In this document: one piece after another, positions 17,088 through 24,571 of the stretch
Layout: each line of letters opens with the position of its first letter
Position numbering within the stretch: the stretch's first letter is position 1
Source: a bacterium
GTDB lineage: Bacteria; Sysuimicrobiota; Sysuimicrobiia; Sysuimicrobiales; Segetimicrobiaceae
DNA: 41,784 bases
Assembly (NCBI GenBank): GCA_035632615.1
Contig: DASQGM010000106.1
Location: 1 to 41,784, forward strand
Reading direction: 5' to 3'
Notes under the pieces: generated by a model
What the model was told of the DNA's origin: nothing
The model's database searches: none
Seen by the model: the letters and a program-made list of their open reading frames with translations, nothing else
Made by a program: the position numbers and the translations under genes

Positions 17088-18092
17088 TCAGTACCCCCTC
17101 TGCTTGTCGACGACGTTCAGGAGCGGGCCGCCCGCGAGGTAGCGGCGCAGGTTCTCGCAGAACAGGTTGGTGAGGCGGCCGTAGTACGGCTGCGTCACGC
17201 CCGACATGTGCGGCGTCAGGATGACGTTCGGCAGGTCGAACAACGGGCTGTCCGGCGGGAGCGGCGTGCGCGCGTGCACGTCCAACCCCGCCCCGCCGAT
17301 CCACCCCTCCTCGAGCGCGCGCACGAGCGCCGCCTCCTGGATCACCTTCCCACGGCCGACGTTGACGAGGTACGCGGTCGGCTTCATCGCGCGAAGCTCG
17401 GTCTCGCCGATCAGCCCCTCGGTTTCCTCGGTCAGCGGCAGGCAGACGACCACGACGTCGGCCCGCGCCAGCACCTCCCGCAGCGCCGCGGCGGGGTGGA
17501 CCTCGACGCCGTCCTCGACGGCCGGGGCGGCGAGGCTTCGCCGGGTGGCGATCACGGTCATCTCCAGGGCGCGGGCGAGGCGCGCGAGCTTGCGCCCGAC
17601 CGATCCGTAGCCGATGATCGCCATCGTCTTGCCGGCCGCCTCGTCGCCCGCGTACTCCGCCCACTGGCTCTTCGGCCAGGCCCGCCCGCGTTGGAACCGC
17701 TCCCACATGCGCGGGAAGTCCCGGTAGTACGCGAGGACCGACGCCACGACGTATTCTGCCATCGGCGTCTCGAAGACGCGCGTGTTCGTGACGATCACGT
17801 CGCTGCGCATCACCGGCGCGCCGCGCAGGTGGTCGACGCCGTCTCCGCCGACCTGCAGCCAGCGGAGGCGCGGCGCGGCCGTCATCTCGAACGGCGCGTG
17901 GTAGGAGAGCAGCACCTCGACATCCGCGACCTCGGCGTCCAACCCGCCCGGACGCTCGTACGGTGTGCGGGGGGAATAGGTCAGGCGTACCCCCGCCGCC
18001 GCGTCGCGGATGCGCGCGAGATGCTCCTCGCCGAGCGGAACCGCCACGTGGACGCGCAGCGTCCGATCGCCCGCGGCTACTTGTCCAGCCAC
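17088..18092 (-). CDS. D-isomer-specific 2-hydroxyacid dehydrogenase, NAD-binding
   Basis: Motifs MAIIGYGSVGRKLA (GxGxxG), LVNVGRGKVI, GAGLDV and ILTPHMSG (catalytic His). The start is ambiguous: GTG codons at 18101, 18092 and 18047 are all in frame. The first two overlap the upstream stop at 18077-18079. Confidence 0.8.
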   Translation of the reverse strand: MAGQVAAGDRTLRVHVAVPLGEEHLARIRDAAAGVRLTYSPRTPYERPGGLDAEVADVEVLLSYHAPFEMTAAPRLRWLQVGGDGVDHLRGAPVMRSDVIVTNTRVFETPMAEYVVASVLAYYRDFPRMWERFQRGRAWPKSQWAEYAGDEAAGKTMAIIGYGSVGRKLARLARALEMTVIATRRSLAAPAVEDGVEVHPAAALREVLARADVVVVCLPLTEETEGLIGETELRAMKPTAYLVNVGRGKVIQEAALVRALEEGWIGGAGLDVHARTPLPPDSPLFDLPNVILTPHMSGVTQPYYGRLTNLFCENLRRYLAGGPLLNVVDKQRGY

Positions 18093-19720
18093 GTCGTCCA
18101 CATCAGGTCCTTGAAGCTGTCGAACGGCACGTGGTCGTACCCCATGACGTGCTTCTGCATTGCATCGATCTGGACCGGCGCCCACAGGAAGATCCACGGC
18201 ACGTCCGCCAGCACCTGCCGCTGGATCGCGAGGTACAGATTCCGGCGCTTGATCCGGTCCGGCTCGACCATGGCCTGCTCGATCCACCGCTGGACCTGCG
18301 AGTTCGCGTATCCGAGCGGGTTGTCGCTCCCCTTCGGATGGTAGAACGGGTAGAGGACGTCGATCGGGTCGCCGCGGAAGCCGCGATTCCCGATGAACAT
18401 GTCGTAGTCGAGCGTGTTGTTCTTGTTGAGCCAGGCGCCGAGCTCGAGTTGCTGGACCTTCACGGTGATACCGATGCGCTTCCAGTTGTCGGCCGCCACG
18501 GCCAGGCTGGGGTAGAACGCGGAAGGGTGGCCCTCGGGAAGGCTGATGCCCGTCACCGCGAACCCGTTGGCGTAGCCCGCCTCGGCCATCAGCTTCCGCG
18601 CGCGGTCGAGGTCCACCTTGAACGGCAGCTGCTGCGGCGGAATTCCGTAGTCCTCCCAGCCGTAGACGACGGGGCCGGTGATGACCCCGGCGCCGCCGAG
18701 CGCCTTGTCAATGATCTCCTGCCGGTCCACCGAGAGGTCCATCGCCTGCCGCACGCGCTTGTCCCGGAACGGCGCGAACCGCTTGTTCATCTTGATGACC
18801 GTGAAGACACCGTTGACGCCGCGCACGAACTTCAGATTGGCGTTGCCCGCCAACCGCTTCGCGCCGTCCGCGCTCATGATCGAGAAGTCAATCGCGCCGG
18901 CGCTCAGCCCCGCGATCCGCGTGTCCTCCTGCGTGATGAACTTGACGTTCAGCGTGTCGATGTACGGCAGCCCGCGCTCCCAGTACCGCTCGTTGCGGAC
19001 GAGGATGACGTGGTCGTTGGGGACCCATTCCGCGAGTCTGTAGGGGCCGGTGCCGACCGGCTTCGAGGCGAGCGTCTTCGGGTCCACGTCCGCCGGCGCG
19101 AACCCGATCACGCGGTTGGTCGCGAACTTGCCGGGCAGCGTCGGGTCGGGCTGTTTCAGCGTCATCCGCACGACGTACCGGCTGACGACCTCGGTCTTGT
19201 CGATCGCGGCGTACCAGCTCGCGAACGGGTTGGCGGTCTTGGGATCCAGCGAGCGGTCGACGCTCCACTTCGCGTCCTCGGCCGTGAAGGCCCGGCCGTT
19301 GTGGAACTGGACGCCCGGCCGCAGCGTCCACACGAGCTCGGTCGACTTCGTGTACTCCCATTTCATCGCCAGGGACGGCTCCACCGCCATGGTGCGGGGG
19401 TTGAGCCGGGTGAAGTTCTGGTAGAGCATGCGCTCGAGGACCGTGGCCGAGTCGTTGATGCGGTTGTGCGGGTCGAGGCTGATCGGATCGTCCACCTCGG
19501 CCCAGTTCAGCGTCCCGCCCCGCTTCGGGGCAGGGGCCGTCGCGCCCCACGCCGCGCGGGATCGCGCGCCGGCGCCGAGCAGCGCCGCCGCGCCCGCGAG
19601 CTTAAGCCACTGCCTCCGGGTGACGCCGCGCGCCGTCCCGGGTTGCCACACGTTCGCTTCCCCACGTTTGCCCATCGCGTTCCCCCCGCGAGAGTCGGTC
19701 GTTGTCGTTCGGTGTTCCAT
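18077..19720 (-). CDS. ABC transporter substrate-binding protein, family 5 (DppA/OppA/NikA-like), Tat-type signal
   Basis: Twin-arginine signal TRRQWLKLAGAAALLGAGA. Family pattern GGTLNWAEVDDPISLDP...PVGTGPYRL. An alternative start is ATG 19675. Confidence 0.85.
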   Translation of the reverse strand: MEHRTTTTDSRGGNAMGKRGEANVWQPGTARGVTRRQWLKLAGAAALLGAGARSRAAWGATAPAPKRGGTLNWAEVDDPISLDPHNRINDSATVLERMLYQNFTRLNPRTMAVEPSLAMKWEYTKSTELVWTLRPGVQFHNGRAFTAEDAKWSVDRSLDPKTANPFASWYAAIDKTEVVSRYVVRMTLKQPDPTLPGKFATNRVIGFAPADVDPKTLASKPVGTGPYRLAEWVPNDHVILVRNERYWERGLPYIDTLNVKFITQEDTRIAGLSAGAIDFSIMSADGAKRLAGNANLKFVRGVNGVFTVIKMNKRFAPFRDKRVRQAMDLSVDRQEIIDKALGGAGVITGPVVYGWEDYGIPPQQLPFKVDLDRARKLMAEAGYANGFAVTGISLPEGHPSAFYPSLAVAADNWKRIGITVKVQQLELGAWLNKNNTLDYDMFIGNRGFRGDPIDVLYPFYHPKGSDNPLGYANSQVQRWIEQAMVEPDRIKRRNLYLAIQRQVLADVPWIFLWAPVQIDAMQKHVMGYDHVPFDSFKDLMWTTWLDK

Positions 19721-19739
19721 GTGCGTCCCGCGCCCCCTG

Positions 19740-20633
19740 CTAGGTGCGGCGCCACCGCGGGTCGAGCATGTCCCGGAGGCCGTCGCCGGCGAAGTTGAAG
19801 CCGAGCACCGCGAGCATGATCGCAGCCCCCGGGAAGACCGACAGTCCGGTGGCCAGCCCGATGTAGCTCCGTCCGGTGCCGAGCATGTTGCCCCACGACG
19901 CGTACGGCGGCTGCACGCCGAGGCCGAGGAAGCTCAACCCGGCCTCGATCAGGATCGCGTCGGCGATGCACGCCGTCACCTGCACGATGATCGGCCCGGC
20001 GACGTTCGGGAGGACATGCCGCCAGAGGATCCGCAGGTCGCCGGCACCGGCCGCGCGCGCGTTCGACACGAACTCCGTCTCGCGCACCGTAAGCGCCGGC
20101 GCGCGTGCCACCCGCGCGATCGTCGGCGTCGTCACGATCGCGATCGCGACGATGACGTTCGGGAGGCTCGGGCCGAGGATCCCGGTCAGGGCGATCGCCA
20201 GCACAAACGACGGCACCGTGAACATCAGGTCCATCGCCCGCATGATCCCCTGGTCCGCCGCGCCGCCGTGGTACCCGGCGATGAGCCCCAGTCCGCCGCC
20301 GACCAGCAGCGACAGGCCGACCGACGTGGCGCTCACGAGCAGGGAGACACGCGCGCCGAAGATGAGGCGGCTGAGGACGTCGCGTCCCAACTGATCGAGG
20401 CCGAGAAGGTGGTCGACGCTCGGCGGGCTGAGGCGGGCGCCGACCTGGGCGTTGGGGTCAACGGGGCTGAGATACCCGGCGAACGCCGCGACGAGGACGA
20501 GCGTCGCCACCACGGCCGCGCCCAGCGCGCCGACCGGGTGCCTGGTCGCGAGCCGCACGAGCGCGGTCCCGCGGCTCCGCCGGCCGGACGCCGCGGGGGC
20601 GGCCGCTCCCCGGGGAACGTCGTGCACGCTCAT
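19740..20633 (-). CDS. Dpp/Opp-type ABC permease (DppC-like)
   Basis: Motifs HLLGLDQLGRDVLSRLIFGARVSL and EFVSNARAAGAGDLRILWRHVLPNV. ATG 20633 forms an ATGA overlap with the upstream permease stop. Confidence 0.85.
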   Translation of the reverse strand: MSVHDVPRGAAAPAASGRRSRGTALVRLATRHPVGALGAAVVATLVLVAAFAGYLSPVDPNAQVGARLSPPSVDHLLGLDQLGRDVLSRLIFGARVSLLVSATSVGLSLLVGGGLGLIAGYHGGAADQGIMRAMDLMFTVPSFVLAIALTGILGPSLPNVIVAIAIVTTPTIARVARAPALTVRETEFVSNARAAGAGDLRILWRHVLPNVAGPIIVQVTACIADAILIEAGLSFLGLGVQPPYASWGNMLGTGRSYIGLATGLSVFPGAAIMLAVLGFNFAGDGLRDMLDPRWRRT

Positions 20634-21580
20634 CCGTAGCGCACGCGCGGGTCGATCGCCGCGTAGCTGATGTCGACGAAGAACTGGACGGCGATGAACA
20701 GGAGGCCGAGCGCCAGCACGGTTGCCTGCACCATCGGGTAGTCGCGCTGGGTGATCGCCGCGACGAGGGCCGTTCCCACGCCGGGCACGCCGAAGATCTG
20801 CTCGATGATGACGGCACCGCCCAGCAGCCGGCCGAGCTGGATGCCCATCACCGTCACCACCGGGATCAGCGCATTCTTCAGCGCGTGCCGGGCCAGCACG
20901 GCTGACTCCCCGGCCCCTTTGGCCCGCGCCGTCCGCACGTAGTCCTGGCCCAGCACGTCGAGCATCGTCGACCGCGTCATCCGCATCAGTACGGCCATGA
21001 GCGGCAGTCCGAGCGAGACGGCCGGCATCAACATCTGCTTGAGGTTCTCGATCGGGTTCTTGGCCAGGCCGACGTAGATCAGCGCCGGCAGCCACTTGAA
21101 GTAGGTGGCGCTGGCGAGAATCATCAGCACGGCGAGCCAGAAGCTGGGCATCGAGAACCCGAGCAGTCCCAGCAGGCGCGCGGTCGCGTCCGCCGGCGTG
21201 CCGTGCTTCACGGCGGAGAAGACGCCGAGCGGCAGGGCAGTGACGATCGCGAGCAGCATCGCCAGCGCGGCGAGCTCGAGGGTGACGGGGAGCGCCGTGC
21301 CGAGCAGCGCGACGACCGGCAGCCGCGAACGGAACGAATACCCGAGGTCGCCTCGCGCCGCATCCCCGAGCCAGTGCAGGTACTGGACCGCGACGGGATC
21401 GCTCAGGCCGAACATCTTGCGGAGCGTGTCGCGCACCTCCGGCGTCATCGTCCCTTCCTGCCCGATCCACATCGTGACGGCGTCGCCGGGTGCGAGCCGG
21501 ATCAGCAGGAAGACGAGCACGGAGACGGCGAGGCCGGTGGCGACCGTGGCGATCAGTCGGCGGGCGAGGAAGGCCCTCAT
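20630..21580 (-). CDS. Dpp/Opp-type ABC permease (DppB-like)
   Basis: Motifs MRAFLARRLIATV...LIRLAPGD and DYVRTARAKGAGESAVLARHALKNALIPVVT. Confidence 0.85.
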   Translation of the reverse strand: MRAFLARRLIATVATGLAVSVLVFLLIRLAPGDAVTMWIGQEGTMTPEVRDTLRKMFGLSDPVAVQYLHWLGDAARGDLGYSFRSRLPVVALLGTALPVTLELAALAMLLAIVTALPLGVFSAVKHGTPADATARLLGLLGFSMPSFWLAVLMILASATYFKWLPALIYVGLAKNPIENLKQMLMPAVSLGLPLMAVLMRMTRSTMLDVLGQDYVRTARAKGAGESAVLARHALKNALIPVVTVMGIQLGRLLGGAVIIEQIFGVPGVGTALVAAITQRDYPMVQATVLALGLLFIAVQFFVDISYAAIDPRVRYG

Positions 21581-21708
21581 CGGGGGCGGGCGGATCGTCC
21601 GCCGCGCGGAGCCGGCCCGGCTCGGCCGGGGCGGCCGGATCGGTAGGGTACTCCAGTCGGGCGGATCGAACGCGGCGGCGGCACTGACGCCGACCCCTGT
21701 TCCGGCAG

Positions 21709-21787
21709 ATCCTGTCTGCGTGCCACCCCAAGCGACTACGGGACGCCGGACGGCTTCTCCTCTTGGGGCCCCGAGCGCGGACAGGAT
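21709..21787 (+). promoter_or_regulatory. Nested inverted repeat / potential 79-nt stem-loop in the divergent control region
   Basis: Outer arms ATCCTGTCTGCG (21709-21720) and CGCGGACAGGAT (21776-21787) pair over 12 positions, including one T:G. Inner arms are CCCCAAG (21726-21732) and CTTGGGG (21762-21768). The T:G positions pair only in a plus-strand RNA. Confidence 0.35.
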
Positions 21788-21872
21788 ACGCGCGGGGGCG
21801 GCGGAGAACTAGCGCCTGTCAGGTCGACCATACTGCCGCCGCTTCGGCGCAGCCAGGAAGGGGCCAACCGGC

Positions 21873-22880
21873 ATGACGCGGGTGTTTCGGGAAGCGGATG
21901 GGACGCTCGACCCTCTCCAGGGGAAGCGGATCGCGGTCCTCGGCTACGGCAACCAGGGCCGCGCGCAGGCGCTCAACCTGCGGGACAGCGGCATGCAGGT
22001 GATCGTGGGGAACGCGGAGGACGCCTACGCCGCGCAGGCGGCGAAGGACGGATTCTCGCTGTATTCCATCGCGGACGCCGCGGCCCGCGGCGACATCGTG
22101 ATGTCCCTCCTGCCGGACGAAGTGACCCCCGGGATCTACCGGGAAGCGATTCGCCCGGGGCTGTCGTCGGGGAAGACGCTGGTGTTCGCCTCCGGCTACG
22201 CCGTGTGCTTCAAGCAGGTCGAGTTCCCCCGCGACATCAACGTCGTCATGGTGGCGCCGCGCACGGTCGGGATCGCCGTGCGGGAGCACTACGAGCGGGG
22301 GCAGGGGTTCCTGAGCTTCTTGGACGTGCACCAGGACGTCGACGGGCGGGCGTGGCCGATCGCCCTCGCGCTCGCCAAGGCAATCGGATCGCTCCGGGCG
22401 TTCGCGTTACACGTGAGCTTCAAGGACGAGACGGAGCTGGACCTGTTCACGGAGCAGGCGCTGGTGCCTGCCCTGTCGGAGGTGTTGACGACCGCGGTCG
22501 AGGTCGCGGCAGCGGCCGGGTACCCGAAGGTCGCGACCGTGCTGGAGCTGTACCTCTCCGGCGAGATCGGCGACGTGCTCCACGAGGCGGCGAAGTACGG
22601 GTGGGTGGGCCAAACCGGGCTGCACTCGCCCACCAGCCGGTTTGGGACGAAGAGCCGGCTGCCCCGCTTCGCGACGTCGGAGCTTCGGCGGAAGATGCAG
22701 GAGGTGCTCGGCGAGATCCGGTCAGGCAAGTTTGCGGCCGAGTGGGGCGCCGAGCAGGCCGGGGGCTACAAGAACTTCACCGCGATGGACGAGGCGTTCA
22801 GTCGGACGACCTTTGCGCGGCTGGAGCGCGAGGTCATGGAAGAACTGGGCATGGACAAGAAGACGTCCACTCCCGGGTAA
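21873..22880 (+). CDS. ilvC: Ketol-acid reductoisomerase family protein (class I, 335 aa), probably a paralogue given its neighbours
   Basis: NADPH-binding region IAVLGYGNQGRAQALNLRDSG and metal/substrate region SFKDETELDLFTEQALV, matching the KARI pattern. AGGAAGGGG lies upstream of ATG 21873. Confidence 0.75.
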   Translation: MTRVFREADGTLDPLQGKRIAVLGYGNQGRAQALNLRDSGMQVIVGNAEDAYAAQAAKDGFSLYSIADAAARGDIVMSLLPDEVTPGIYREAIRPGLSSGKTLVFASGYAVCFKQVEFPRDINVVMVAPRTVGIAVREHYERGQGFLSFLDVHQDVDGRAWPIALALAKAIGSLRAFALHVSFKDETELDLFTEQALVPALSEVLTTAVEVAAAAGYPKVATVLELYLSGEIGDVLHEAAKYGWVGQTGLHSPTSRFGTKSRLPRFATSELRRKMQEVLGEIRSGKFAAEWGAEQAGGYKNFTAMDEAFSRTTFARLEREVMEELGMDKKTSTPG

Positions 22881-22885
22881 CCAAC

Positions 22886-23677
22886 GTGGAACACGGGGGC
22901 CCGCCGCTCGGGCGCGGCCGCTCAACGGACCTCACGGGGCGCGCGGCGTTGGTGACGGGCGCCACGAGCGATATCGGTGTCGCGGTCGTGCGCGCCCTGG
23001 CGCGGCGCGGCGCCGACGTCGCCCTCCACTACCACCGGAACGCGGCGCGGGCCGAGGCTCTCGCGACGGAGGTTGCGGCACTCGGGGCCCGGAGCTGCGC
23101 GCTCGAGGCGGATCTCACCGCGGTGGAGGACGTGCACCGGCTTGCCGACGCGGCCGGCGCCTTCGCGCCCATCGACATTCTGGTGAACAACGCCGGGACC
23201 CCCATCCGGCGCGTCGACTGGCGCCAGCTCGATCCCGAGTTCTTGGACCGGGTGTTCAATCTGAACTATCGCGCCCAGCTGTACCTGTGCCAGCGGCTCA
23301 CGCCGGGCATGGTGGAGCGGCACCGCGGCGTCGTCATCAACATCCTTTCCACGGCCGCGACCCTCGGCGGTTCGGATACCGTGTTCGCGTACTCGTCGGC
23401 GAAAGGCGCGCTCTCGACGCTGACGCGCGGGCTGGCCCGGGTGCTCGCGCCCCACGGGGTGCGTGTCCTCGCAGTGTCGCCGGGTACCATCGACACCGAG
23501 TTCCAGCGAACCCTCACCGGGCCGGAGCTGATGGCGCAGCAACGCGCGGCGATCCCGCTCGGCCGGATCGGCCGCCCCGAGGAGATCGGGGAGGTCGTCG
23601 CGTTCCTGGCCACCGACGCCGCCGGCTTCGTGGTCGGCGAGACCGTCCACGTGAACGGCGGCCTGTACATGAGCTAG
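22886..23677 (+). CDS. SDR-family oxidoreductase (FabG-like)
   Basis: Motifs ALVTGATSDIG, NNAG and YSSAKGAL. GTG 22886 is the first in-frame start after the KARI stop, and no clear SD precedes it. The upstream part of the 490-aa ORF overlaps the KARI gene. Confidence 0.85.
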   Translation: MEHGGPPLGRGRSTDLTGRAALVTGATSDIGVAVVRALARRGADVALHYHRNAARAEALATEVAALGARSCALEADLTAVEDVHRLADAAGAFAPIDILVNNAGTPIRRVDWRQLDPEFLDRVFNLNYRAQLYLCQRLTPGMVERHRGVVINILSTAATLGGSDTVFAYSSAKGALSTLTRGLARVLAPHGVRVLAVSPGTIDTEFQRTLTGPELMAQQRAAIPLGRIGRPEEIGEVVAFLATDAAGFVVGETVHVNGGLYMS

Positions 23678-23739
23678 CCGGCGGCGGGCCGGCAGGCGTC
23701 CGCGGCCCGTCCGCCGCACCCTCTGTGGGAGGCGTGGCC

Positions 23740-24246
23740 ATGACCGGGGAGATCCCGCCGCTCGGACTGCCGCGCATCAACCAGATCGGATACGTCGTGC
23801 GCGATCTGGATGCCTCGGTGCGTGCCTATGCGCACCGGTTGGGGGTCGGCGGATGGCAACTCTACACCTACGGCCCGTCGCTCGTCCCGGAGATGACCTA
23901 CCGTGGTCGCGCACAGGCGTACCGCATGCGGCTGGCGTTCACGTGGTGGGGCGATCTGCAGCTCGAACTCGTCGAGCCGCTTGAGGGGCCCAGCGTCTAC
24001 GAGGATTTCCTCCGCGCGCACGGCGAGGGGATCCATCATCTCGGCGTCTTCGTTCCGGATTTCGCGGCGGCCGTGCGGGCGATGGAACAGCGCGGGTACC
24101 AGGTGATCCAGAGCGGCCGAGGCTTCGGGGCGCGCGGCGACGGCGCGTACGCGTATTTCGACACGGCGGCGTCCCTGGCGACGCTTCTAGAAGTGATCCA
24201 AGTCCCAGCCGAGCGGCATCCCCCGGAGTCGGTCTACCCGCCGTGA
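23740..24246 (+). CDS. VOC-family (glyoxalase / bleomycin-resistance / extradiol-dioxygenase fold) protein
   Basis: Motifs INQIGYVVRDLD and GIHHLGVFV, with beta-alpha-beta-beta-beta module spacing. 168 aa. GGGAGG lies 7-12 nt upstream of ATG 23740. Confidence 0.75.
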   Translation: MTGEIPPLGLPRINQIGYVVRDLDASVRAYAHRLGVGGWQLYTYGPSLVPEMTYRGRAQAYRMRLAFTWWGDLQLELVEPLEGPSVYEDFLRAHGEGIHHLGVFVPDFAAAVRAMEQRGYQVIQSGRGFGARGDGAYAYFDTAASLATLLEVIQVPAERHPPESVYPP

Positions 24247-24538
24247 CGTTTGCGGACGTGGTCGATGTCTGGGAGGCGGTCGAAGTCGGCATAACCGCAG
24301 CCGCCTGCCACCGGAGCGCGGCCGTCATCACGGAATCGCGGCGACCGCGCGGGGCTGTCTAGGGCCGGGCGCCCCGCCGCCCGCCCGTCGCGAACACGGC
24401 GCGACTCCTCGACAACGGAATTCGATTCGCGCTTAACAGGGGCGTGGAAGTCGTGTTGCGACCGCCGTGATGAGAGTGTGTTGGGTTGCGCTCGAGTGTG
24501 CGCGGGCAGGAGAACAGAGAAACATGTCGGAAAATGCA

Positions 24539-24552
24539 GGACACGCGTGTCC
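24539..24552. promoter_or_regulatory. Perfect 14-bp palindrome GGACACGCGTGTCC, candidate operator
   Basis: The sequence equals its own reverse complement. It lies 6 nt upstream of the GGAGGG Shine-Dalgarno (24558-24563) and 20 nt upstream of ATG 24572. Confidence 0.4.
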
Positions 24553-24571
24553 GCACCGGAGGGCATAATAC

